Origin: Lingula anatina
Lineage: Eukaryota; Animalia; Brachiopoda
Reading direction: 5' to 3'
Length of the DNA: 64,000 nucleotides
Assembly (NCBI GenBank): GCA_051362555.1
Contig: CM120645.1
Location: 1,550,001-1,614,000, forward strand
Positions 54,401 to 64,000 of the stretch are shown piece by piece. Below the pieces are notes generated by a model. It was not told the origin of the DNA. It made no database searches and saw only the letters and a list, made by a program, of their open reading frames with translations. Each line of letters opens with the position of its first letter. The stretch's first letter is position 1. The position numbers and the translations under genes were made by a program.

Positions 54401-57400
54401 CCCCCCCCCCATCAATATATGACAAAGTAACTATGGGTTAAAGAATTGATCACATCATTTTGTAAAGTGACCGTATCCAATAGTGCTAAAAAGCGTGGGC
54501 AGTGAGTCCAAATGAAATAATTTAGCATCTTAAAGTAAGTTTATTAAAAAGACTTGATGGGGGTCCAACTTACCCCGGGGTCCAACTAGCCCCGGTCTCC
54601 CATAATCATTCTTTCACCAAACACGTTTAAAATGAGTTTTATATTTTGGCATTAACCAGACTTCAAGGTATAGGGTAAAACAAAAATACCTCAGTCGTTC
54701 CAATAGCTCTAAAACTTGAGACAATTTTCAGCAATATTACCTGCTGCTATCTGTACTTTGCTGTGGCAAAAATTGCGAATCAGCTCTAAGGCTACTGTCC
54801 CCAGCCTCTCTGCCTCCAAGAAATTACCCAGTTCGAAGTGAAGCTTCCCAAGTTGATTCAGATGAGCAGCGTACCTACAACGCCCAGAGCTGTTACCAGT
54901 ATAGGTGGCATTCGCTAACTTAACAGCGGCATCCATGATGGGGACGGCGTCTTGATATCTGTTATGGCGTCGAAGGTACATGGCGACGCTGGATAAAACT
55001 GGTATAGGGTCATCTAGGATAGATTTATCAAAACGTTTGCTGGTCAGTATTTTGGTCAGTTCTCTAGCGACGGAGGAAGCATACAGTGCAAGGGTGTCAT
55101 ACTCCAAACACCTGCGTTCATTGTGGCAGGTGTAGTGGTCATGTAGGAATGTCGTATTGTAATCAGGGAATAGGGTGTTCAGTATGGCGATGGCACTGTT
55201 TATTCCTGTTACCCAACGGGTCATGTTCTTTCTTATATTGTTAACATGCAGACGTATTAGAATGCTGTGGACAATCCAAAGCTTTTCATCATTTTCAGAA
55301 GCAGGTTCAACTATGTACAAGTTTATTGGTTTTTTCAAAAGACCGTCCAGGTTGCTCTGGATGTGAGCCTCTGAAGAGTCGATTGCAGAACCGATTAAAT
55401 ATTGACGAAGATGTGGTGATCTTAATTTGAAAGCACTTTTTAACAGAAATTTCTCCCCGAACTTGGGCGATAGCAAGCACACAAGATCTATTAGTTCCAG
55501 TTGAGCGTTGTTTAATGTCTCTAAACTTGAAGCGAACGGAAATTTTATTCGGTCGATTACGTCAAATTTGTCGTCCGCCGGATCAGTTAATGCCCAGCTT
55601 GGATCTCCTTCCCGCCATTGATTCAGGAACTCGTTGGAAGACCTGTTTGTAGACCTCAAGTTAGCGGCTACCAATGAGATGGACATAGCATGGCCGGCTA
55701 AAAACTTTGGCCCTACCAACTTATCAATGGCCTCTTGTTCTTTTTCTGGGATATTTTGCAATTTATTGGATGCCTCATTGTTGCTAAAAATTCTATATCG
55801 TATTTTTATAAAGAGAATAGACGACCAGTAAGAAGTCAGTAGACGGCCTAACTCTATTTGTTTGTCCACATCAAATGCAGGGAACCAATTTTTGTATCGT
55901 GACGTAATGATAACGTGTGAACCGCGTGGAAATGGTGTCTTAGTCTCCCCAAATATGTCTGTCAGAATACGTTTTTCATCCACTCCATCAAATATGATGA
56001 GCACGTTGTCAACGGTGGAAAGATAATCCATTAGTTTTGGTACTATCATATCCATTAAGTACGGTTTGTCGCCTTCCGGCACCTTGCAACTATCTTCTTC
56101 AGTCATCAGGCCAAGTTTTTTCAACCCAATGTCGAAAGCCTAAAACATATTGAAGATATGTTTGTCTATTTAAGCTGCAACCTTGAATGATCTGACGCCT
56201 TCGGGATGTTATTTCATAAGTTTGTTAACACGAGTCAAAGTTGCGCAATATTTCAGGACTTTGAATTTGTTTGAAATAATTGAAGTTGTAGTATCCGCGT
56301 TTGAAAATTTCTCAAAGTCACATTTGCCATGTCTACAAATATGCAAAATAATCATTTTTTCCGAATTCAGACCTCATGAAGCAATAAAACATCTCAAATG
56401 AAAATACCTGATAACCTTTTGAAAATCAAATGCATGGCGGTCTAAGCTAAACTACACGAACCGAACGAGTAATGATCCATGAAAAGAGGAAAATTCCCCT
56501 TTTTTCGAGAAAAAATATGATTTGGCAAGAATATGCACGGTATTTTACGTTTGACAGAAATATCTACGTTTTGACAGTACGAGAAGCTAGTATTACGGCA
56601 TCTCATCATAACTTACCGTCTTCCTCAATTCAACGTCCAATTTTGATTTCTTGTTGGCAAAAATCCAAATGATGTCAGTATAATTGTTCCTCATTAGTGA
56701 TGAATACTTCAAAGCTAACTGGGTTTTTCCACACCCCTCTGGTCCAGAAATAACCTTTGTAAAATAATACCTAATTAATGTTTTGATGACCAGCGTGGCT
56801 ACCAATTTATTCCTACTCTTAATTTTAGCACCGTGCTCGGTAGACAACTCCCGCAACTCTACCGTGGAACATTATGGTTACATCTGGGCCTCAGATGTAG
56901 CACCTCATTCACGAGTAACTTGCGAGACTTTCCGAGACCTTGGGTGCCATGCTGTTTATGGTAGCTAACAATATTGGACAAGGTGAAACTTGGGTATAGT
57001 TAAGGTGGAATTTAATTCTTTATAAATATGCCACTGAAAAACGTAGGCCTATATGTGTTTTTTTTTTTCTCATTGATTTTGGAAAGGGGACATCTTGAGT
57101 TTCAATTTTGTTGTTTCCCTGATATTCATTTTTATCTTTATAAAGATCTAACATACGTGGTGCAGGCCAGACTGAAATCCATTCAGATGACCTAGTACAT
57201 GTATAAATACATTATATACTGTATTTTCTTTTCATAATCGTCAAAATATAAAAACAGCATATAATGTAATCTTTTTCAGTTTTATACAGAAGAAACATTT
57301 ACAGAAAAAAACGTTTAATAAATAAAATTGAAAAAGATTACATTATATGATGTTTATACAGTAGGCCTAATATTGGAATTTCAATCTTACCTAGTCAGAT

Positions 57401-57643
57401 TTTAATTTTTTTTATATGACTGGTTTTCAATCTGACCTGCAACACTGTTCAAAATGAAACCTTACATTCATGCTTTATAAGAGAGAGAGAGAGAGTGGGA
57501 GAGAGAGCTCTTACCGTTAAAAGCGACTTCCTGGACGTTTTGGTAAATTGGTCTCTGAAATCAAGGTAATTTTTTTCCATCTCCGCCAAAGTCTCATTTC
57601 GGCCAGTGAAGTATATGGTAGGATCGCGTACTGAAAAACCCAT
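51423..57643 (-). CDS. NB-ARC (STAND P-loop ATPase)-TPR protein, ~775 aa; exons 57515-57643, 56617-56754, 54741-56139, 53942-54121, 53430-53576, 53093-53239, 51966-52121, 51423-51454
   Basis: Motifs in order: FTGRNETL pre-P-loop, Walker A VISGPEGCGKTQLA, IIWIFA, Walker B VLIIFDGVD, sensor-1 HVIITSR, GLPL-like LAGHAMSISLVAA and MHD-like WIVHSIL. TPR-like repeats follow (HLNQLGKLHFELGNFLEAERL; CHNMGQFYQDLERYDLALDYL). Exon phases are consistent (2328 nt), ending EFPSDDLVWM*. Confidence 0.85.
52613..52814. mobile_element. Palindromic MITE in an intron of the NB-ARC-TPR gene
   Basis: taccagggggactgatagattttttacggatattcacag...gatagatggtcattttggttctaa versus ttagaaccaaaatgaccatctatc...ctgtgaatatctgtaaaaaatctatcagtcgccctggta. 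Confidence 0.8.
54209..54316. mobile_element. Short MITE with TA flanks (CCCAGCAAAC-type ends)
   Basis: TA|CCCAGCAAACACGTCA ... TGACGCGTTTGCTTGG|TA, with the internal inverted repeat tagcacgttgcta / tagcaacgtgcta. Confidence 0.7.
54349..54602. mobile_element. Tc1/mariner(pogo)-like MITE
   Basis: TA|GGGGAGACCGGGGCTAGTTGGACCC ... GGGTCCAACTAGCCCCGGTCTCCC(A)|TA. Confidence 0.75.
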
Positions 57644-57652
57644 AGACCTGTT

Positions 57653-60640
57653 TTAGTCGTGTCCTATATAATAAAAATCAAACAACTTCAACTAAGTACA
57701 AACGCCCTTTTCAAATTAAAAATGAACCGAGATTCAATCCGTTATAATTAATTTATTTAGGCAATGCTGTTAGGTTAAATTTTAATAGCATATACAAAAG
57801 TGATAGGCTTATCAAAATATCGAAAACAGATAGTCCTGGCATCGTTTTAAGGTGCCAACAAATATTTTCATCTGTTGAGGTGCTTGGAAACCGGTAATCT
57901 TAGTTGGGTGTAGATATCTTATGGGTCTATCCCAAAGAACTATACCATTACTTTTCTAATGCATTTGGCTTAACGTTTCTCTCTCTTTCTCTCTCTCTTT
58001 TTCTTTCTTTCTCTCTCTCACACACAAAAACACGCACACTAAAGCGGTAAGTGAAAGAATCACTAAGCTGGAAGACGGGCCAATATTGCATCATAGGGTT
58101 TTATCGTGTAAGAATTGCATTGTGAATATTTATACAGTAAAACACCCCGTCTTTCCTTTCACAGGTATACAAATCTCAATATTTATCCTTTAACCTTTCT
58201 CCATAATATAGAGTAACATAAAATAATATTAAGTGCAAGTGTATAGCTATCGTATAACTTCCAAAAAAGTCCCATTTTCCAGTGGAAACATTTAGTCAGA
58301 AAAGCTACATGTAAGCAATCGGCTGGATTATTGAACCCAATTTTGACGACAAAATAGTTTTTACTTTGTGTCAATGTTTGGTAGAAACACACTGATTTTT
58401 TTCTTTTTTTATCTTTACCTACTTACTGTTTTGTACTCTTTCAAACTCTCCGTGATATTGCTGGTTAGGTGTACTTGTGTTGCAGATGGCTGGTAAAAAA
58501 GATTGAGTGTTTATTTTTGTACGAGATCAGGAGTCGAGATGCATGAACAGGTTTAAAATGTACAGGTTTCGTTATTTCTTAAAATCTTCCTCTAGAACTA
58601 TGCCCAGCGCGCACTTTATCAGAGCCACTTAATTAGCACCAGGATAAGCTGAACAACAATGGGAATATATATACATCATAACAAATGAATGCGAAGCATG
58701 GACCAGAGACACTAAATGCAGTTGCAATGTGGTGCTATAGACGAACATCTTGATACTTGACAAAGTACACACGACAAACGAAGAGGTACCCCAACGTTCA
58801 GAAACCACCAAGAGACAAAAACAATAAGATAGAGACAAAGTACCTTTATGAGCCACTGCGTTTGGTACTTGATAATAGTTGTATGTCATTATGGACCCTA
58901 CAGCACACAGTAACAGGAACAGGATACAATTCTTAACGTTACACAGGGTCTCATCTTTCTTTTGAACCATCTGGCCACTTACTAAAAATAGAAAAGATAA
59001 TACGATGGTTATACTGACAAACAAATCCATACATTCCCCCCCCCCCCCACCCCCGTACTGTACAAAATAATACTTTGGATACACCTACTCCCCATAGGAT
59101 GATGGCACCATTCGTCTTGGATACTAGCTCGTAGTCTGGGTTAAGGATTGTATTTCTCCAAGCTTTGATACCATCCTTTTACCAAAATTCGGTAAGTAGC
59201 ACACAAAAACAATTAATGAAGGCAAAAAAATCACTGCCAAATTCACTTTCCATAATATCTGGAAATTGCTTGGAAATTCAGATTAAAAAAATCCTTGTCG
59301 TAATTTCTTTACCTGGCATGGGTCCCCTCTCACCCCCTGTCCCAGGGTCAGTTGATTGGTTACTAGGCAACATGGGTCCTGTCTCACCCCCTGTCCAAAG
59401 GTCAGTTGATTGATTACTAGGCAGCATGGGTCCTCCCTCACCACCTGCCCCAGGGTCAGTTGATTGGTTACTAGGCAACATGGGTCCTGTCTCATCCCCT
59501 GTCCAAAGGTCAGTTGATTGATTACTAGGCAGCATGGGTCCTCTCTCACCCCTTGCCCCAGGGTCAGTTGATTGGTTACTAGGCAACATGGGTCCTGTCT
59601 CACCCCCTGTCCAAAGGTCAGTTGATTGATTACTAGGCAGCATGGGTCCTCTCTCACCCCCTGCCCCAGGGTCACCTGCTGGGTTACAAAGCTGCATGGG
59701 TCCCCTCTCACCCCCTGTCCAAAGGTCAGTTGATTGGTTACTAGGCAACATGGGTCCTCTCTCGCCCCCTGTCCAAAGGTCAGTTGATTGGTTACTAGGC
59801 AACATGGGTCCTCTCTCGCCCCCTGTCCAAAGGTCAGTTGATTGGTTACTAGGCAGCATGGGTCCTCTCTCACCCCCTGTCCAAAGGTCAGTTGATTGGT
59901 TACTAGGCAGCATGGGTCCTGTCTCACCCCCTGTCCAAAGGTCAGTTGATTGGTTACTAGGCAGCATGGGTCCTCTCTCACCCCCTGCCCCAGGGTCAGC
60001 TGCTGGGTTACAAAGCTGCATGGGTCCCCTCTCACCTCCGTCATCTCCCATTTCCTGTATAGGTCCCCTCTCACCCCTTTCGTCTGGGTCAGCTGGTGGG
60101 TTACCTGGCTGTGCTTGCTGCTTCTTGACCTCATCCAATTTCTTAAGTATTTCATCGACAACAAAATCATATTGCCCTCTCAAGGAATCCAGGAATCCAT
60201 CGAAGGCCTTGGATCCACGAGTAGGAAGTAGATCAATCAACCGCCTCATTCGTTCTTGTCTTGTTTCTGGTGCCTTAATTTTCTCCTTCATGTGCTCACT
60301 AATAATACCCTCCTAAAACCCAAATATAAAATTAGTGACATGATGCAGAAATTTTGCAGGAATTCGTATTCATAGGCCTATATTTTAAGGTCTAACACTC
60401 AACGTGTGCCCTGCAGAAGTTCACAAACAGTACTCTTGTACTATATTATTTTATAAAATATTTGATATTTTGAAATGTTTGTGTATGTGTGTATGAGAGA
60501 GAGAGAGAGGATTGAGGGATGATGGGGCTGCGCAGCTAGTACTCCACCTGTATAAGATAATCCACTAAGTAGTCAGGGTCCAGTTGATCACACAAGAATA
60601 CTCTGCATTTGATGAGAATTTGTTTGTGTATTTCCTCCAT
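57653..60640 (-). CDS. CARD-tandem repeat-transmembrane protein (~434 aa), in frame with the downstream NB-ARC-TPR ORF; exons 60548-60640, 59313-60312, 58844-58981, 58427-58489, 57653-57663
   Basis: CARD: MEEIHKQILIKCRVFLCDQLDPDYLVDYLIQ|EGIISEHMKEKI...LIDLLPTRGSKAFDGFLDSL. Then 13 copies of an 18-aa repeat, a phase 1-1 exon with the hydrophobic CILFLLLCAVGSIMTYNYY, a phase 1-1 exon AICNTSTPNQQYHGEFERVQN, and RHD-TAA (57653-57655). The CARD exons are solid; the small exons were predicted by eye. Confidence 0.7.
59315..60040 (-). repeat. Coding minisatellite, 54-bp unit x ~13.5 (GGERGPMLPSNQSTDLWT and variants)
   Basis: Unit ggttactaggca(a/g)catgggtcct(c/g)tctc(a/g)ccccctgtccaaaggtcagttgatt; a variant unit MQLCNPA(A/G)DPGA occurs twice. 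Confidence 0.95.
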
Positions 60641-63600
60641 GTCGTTTGTAAGCCTTATTAATTAGGGTTGCAATGTAGGCTGAAACGAAAATTAATAGAA
60701 TAAATATAACTGAATTAATTGTACTCGTTCTACAGGCACAACGTTGTTTAAATGTCGCCTGGTGCAATGGAAACTGAGCATATTTAGGGAACACGGAATA
60801 CTCCAGAAAATTAAACATTATCCTATATTGATGACCTGTACAAGTCGTCAGTACAGGGACTCTCATTTGGTGTCCGGGAAATAGCGTTTGTAGGTATAGA
60901 GGGATTACGTATACATCTCCATGGTCAACGGCAAGATTGACGAGACTGGATTGAAGTCGGCAAACAAACGATGGCACAAAAAAGACCCTGTAGCTTTTAA
61001 GCTTAACGTAATATCTGCTCTTATGTATGGTTATGTATATTTACCACTTTTAGATAGTAGGGAGAAGATACTGTACATTATTTTCATGACTAAATGATGA
61101 AATCACTTATTCTGATTTTTCATTCATAAAACTCTCCTTTTTAACTTACTATGCCACTCCTACTAAAAACTTTAAGGGGGTAATTAACTTCCGTGTGCGG
61201 TCGGCTGACAGCAATTTAGCGTGAACCCCCAGGTAGTTACGTCGATTTAGTTGGATCGATCTAAAAATCTCTGGGAATGCGCTCTATGTCACATTCCAAT
61301 CCATGCTTCATCGCATATCCCTGGTTTTTCCACAACTTTCCATTCTAAGTTTTGCACTTCAATTGGTGTTTACTTTGCGCACGGAAATGGACCATTTCTG
61401 AACTGTTTTATTGTTATTTTGCGTTATTTTCGGAAGCGCACGTTGTGTCCTAAATTGTTTAGCGATTGTACCCTCCCCCATTTGTACAACATATTTTCGC
61501 TATTTGTTTGACACAATATACAACCGGCAAGGCTATACTATAAACCCATTATGTTGCATTTGCTGTCTGTCAATAACATTTTATGTAGTGACTGCTATGT
61601 CATCTATTAAGTGCATGGTTGACCTGCTCGAGGGCAACACAGTATAAAGGGCCCATAACATTACGCATTCGATTATTGGGATATTTATAGTTCAGCATGC
61701 AAGAGACAGCTTGAGCAACAACGACTTCAACAATCTCCATTACATGATGGCAGCTCAGCTCAATTCTGATATCCGCGTTTTTAAGTGTTCGTAAACTATA
61801 TTTGCAACTGTTTGTCAATTGTTCTTGTTTTCATACATTACCTACATGTATAGTTAGGCCATAGCCATTGCGAAAACTGTACTCATCCTGGTAATAATAA
61901 ATAAAAATATATTAAGAGTTAAAGGCTATTGAGATTGTCTTTATACAGCAAGGTTTCAATTTCCAAAAAAAAAAAAATGTCTATTTTCAAAACAATTTCC
62001 ATACATCATATTTTATCCTATCCTTAATAAATCATAAATCATATTTTATCCTATCCTTAATAAATCATAAATCATATTTTATTCTATCCTATAGACTTAA
62101 TAAGCATTTCCACCGTTGCAATTTTTTCTTGTTAATAGATTGGGATCTTGTCAACGGTTTTGGGTGTGATGTTCCTTTTTGATTCAGGGAAAATCCTGGA
62201 ATTTCTAGTAAAACTAGTGTAACATTCATAATATGCCTTTCAGCACTTCACAAACAGACCGTTTTACTACAATAAAGTTAATATTTGTTTGGAACAAATC
62301 ATATTTTTCCCGTGCTAAACGTGTTTTTAAATTATATATTTAACAAATCATGCTATGCAAGCGACTTTGCTATGCTATTAACCCATTATCTTGTATTTCA
62401 TCTCGATTTATAATGGTTTTCGTAGTGACGTGTTTGAGCGTTTTAAACACTTACTTAACTACCTGTAGTTGACCTAGCAGTCAATTTATAAACCAGTATT
62501 TACTGACATCAAATACGACATAAAGGGCCAATACCATAGCATTGTCGTTTGTATATCTTTTTAGCAGAGAACGTATATAAAATATGGAAGGGTACTATCG
62601 ATAAACCACTAACTGGCTTTGGTTCCACCCTACTAGGGCTGACTGGGTGTGTGCGACCGTTGGCGATGCTGTTAATGTCTTTAAATATGGGTTCTTTAAT
62701 TTTGACTATATGCACATGTTACAGAATTCTGTCTTGGCCTAGTAAGCCGATTTGGGTACATTGTAAGACAACACGTAACCAATCGTAAAACGCTGAGTTG
62801 AAATACAATTGCCATATGTTTCTAGCATGGGTGTATTTCATCAACTTTTTGCCATTTTTTCTTTGTATTACCCTTAATGAATGAGGTACTTTAATGCATA
62901 TCATAGCAGTCACTACGTGAAAATTTTTAGCGATATCAAATACGATATTATGGATCAGCAGCTTAACCTTGTTGTTTATACATATAAGGCAGTGAGTGAA
63001 TATAAGATTCAAAGCACACAATAGATAAATAAATGATTATGTGTTATAGTGCAACTGGGCAATCTGGATGAGATGCTTAAGATTTACATTTAGCAAAAAT
63101 GTATCACTGAAAGTGAAAAGGAATATTTTGAAAATCATTACAAGTATCAAAAGTCATATATTTATGTTGGGAAAGATTAGTAACTTTGCTGGGTATATGT
63201 AGCCACAGAAAAAACTCGTATGACTTTTGGAAATCTTTAATGCGTACAGTGTATCTCTAATGAATCATCGATCGTAACCCTGCCTTTTGTATGTTTTTAG
63301 TATCATTTTCACTGTATTTGATGTCGGTAAATATTATTTTTTGTAGTGACTCCTAGGTCATGCTGCCAAGGTCTTAGTAAAAATGAAATTGAAAATGAAA
63401 TTAAAATTATAAGCAATCCAAGGCCGTGTCCACTATACGTAGAGGGATTCTTTCACGGCCTGGTCCAGCTCATGGTTTTAAAATTTCGTTTGTTTCTCCT
63501 TTTTTATTCTAACTAAATAAATATGTTAAATATTTGTTATACTGATTGCGATGGTTGTGGTTTGGGCTCTAATCCATACCTACGTCTTCATTTGACCTCC

Positions 63601-64000
63601 AACACGAGAGGGAAGTTGAGATTTGAGATATCGGATGAAGTGCACACAAAATCAGACGTCATATTTCCAGGAAAGATTATCAAACCTATAAGGTCTTACA
63701 GTGTGTCCTACGGTATGCCCCACCGCCACACTGAGAAGAGGGATTAACAAGAACTGTGAAGGGCTATATACTGTCAACAGGTGTTTCATTCTGCTGTGCA
63801 AACTGCTATGTTAAGAACATAAACCATTTAAAAGTCTTACCTTTAACACGAATATCTAACTGTATTGGTGTAGACAGTATTTTCCTCCTCAGTTTTCCGT
63901 TGAGTTTTCATACCTAGTTTGTTGTTCATAGGAAAAAGAAAGTGAATCACAGAACTGTAATGCTGACACCATGTTTCTTTTACTACCTGTGAAATGAGGC

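Noticed and set aside
54709-56139. Bacterial or fungal contamination, or recent HGT of the NB-ARC-TPR gene (1.4 kb exon)
   Set aside because: The gene has multiple spliceosomal introns containing host MITEs and a tandem paralog with the same intron positions.
59085-59176. Extra exon between the repeat exon and the TM exon (…AWRNTILNPDYELVSKTNGAIILWGV, G|gtgtat)
   Set aside because: One frame is open, but there is no convincing polypyrimidine/AG acceptor in phase. Left out of the model pending RNA data.
59315-60080. Collagen-like domain (GERGP motifs)
   Set aside because: Gly-X-Y periodicity lasts only about two triplets per unit, too short for a triple helix.
59165-60316. Overlapping ORFs 59283..60170(-), 59642..60316(+) and 59165..59413(+)
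   Set aside because: These are by-products of a stop-poor 54-bp repeat; only the frame continuous with the CARD has domain and splice support.
60700-64000. Short ORFs at the right end of the window
   Set aside because: No recognisable domains or consistent exon chain; treated as upstream/intergenic sequence.

Overview
AT-rich, intron-rich eukaryotic DNA, probably from a marine invertebrate such as a mollusc or other lophotrochozoan (inferred from gene content and repeat types; not provable here). From left to right: (1) a secreted or membrane VWA/Cache-domain gene (CACHD1/alpha2delta-like, minus strand, runs off the left edge). (2) Exportin-T (XPOT, minus strand), head-to-head with (3) RPL18A (plus strand, five exons, 176 aa). 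RPL18A intron 1 holds a 9.3 kb nested DNA-transposon stack, introns 2 and 3 each carry a SNORA68-like H/ACA snoRNA, and the exon-3 splice donor is amplified into 17 copies of a 91-bp unit. (4) A minus-strand death-fold/innate-immunity cluster: a RAIDD/CRADD-like CARD-Death-domain adaptor, a 5'-truncated NB-ARC/TPR paralog disrupted by a 32-bp P-element-like excision footprint, and a locus where a RAIDD-related CARD, a 13x18-aa repeat and a transmembrane helix splice in frame to an NB-ARC-TPR (STAND ATPase) ORF, separated only by one in-frame TAA. That CARD-repeat-TM-(stop)-NB-ARC-TPR locus beside a CARD-DD adaptor is the best candidate for an undescribed system. All gene models were built by eye from GT-AG sites and frame continuity; no database searches were run.
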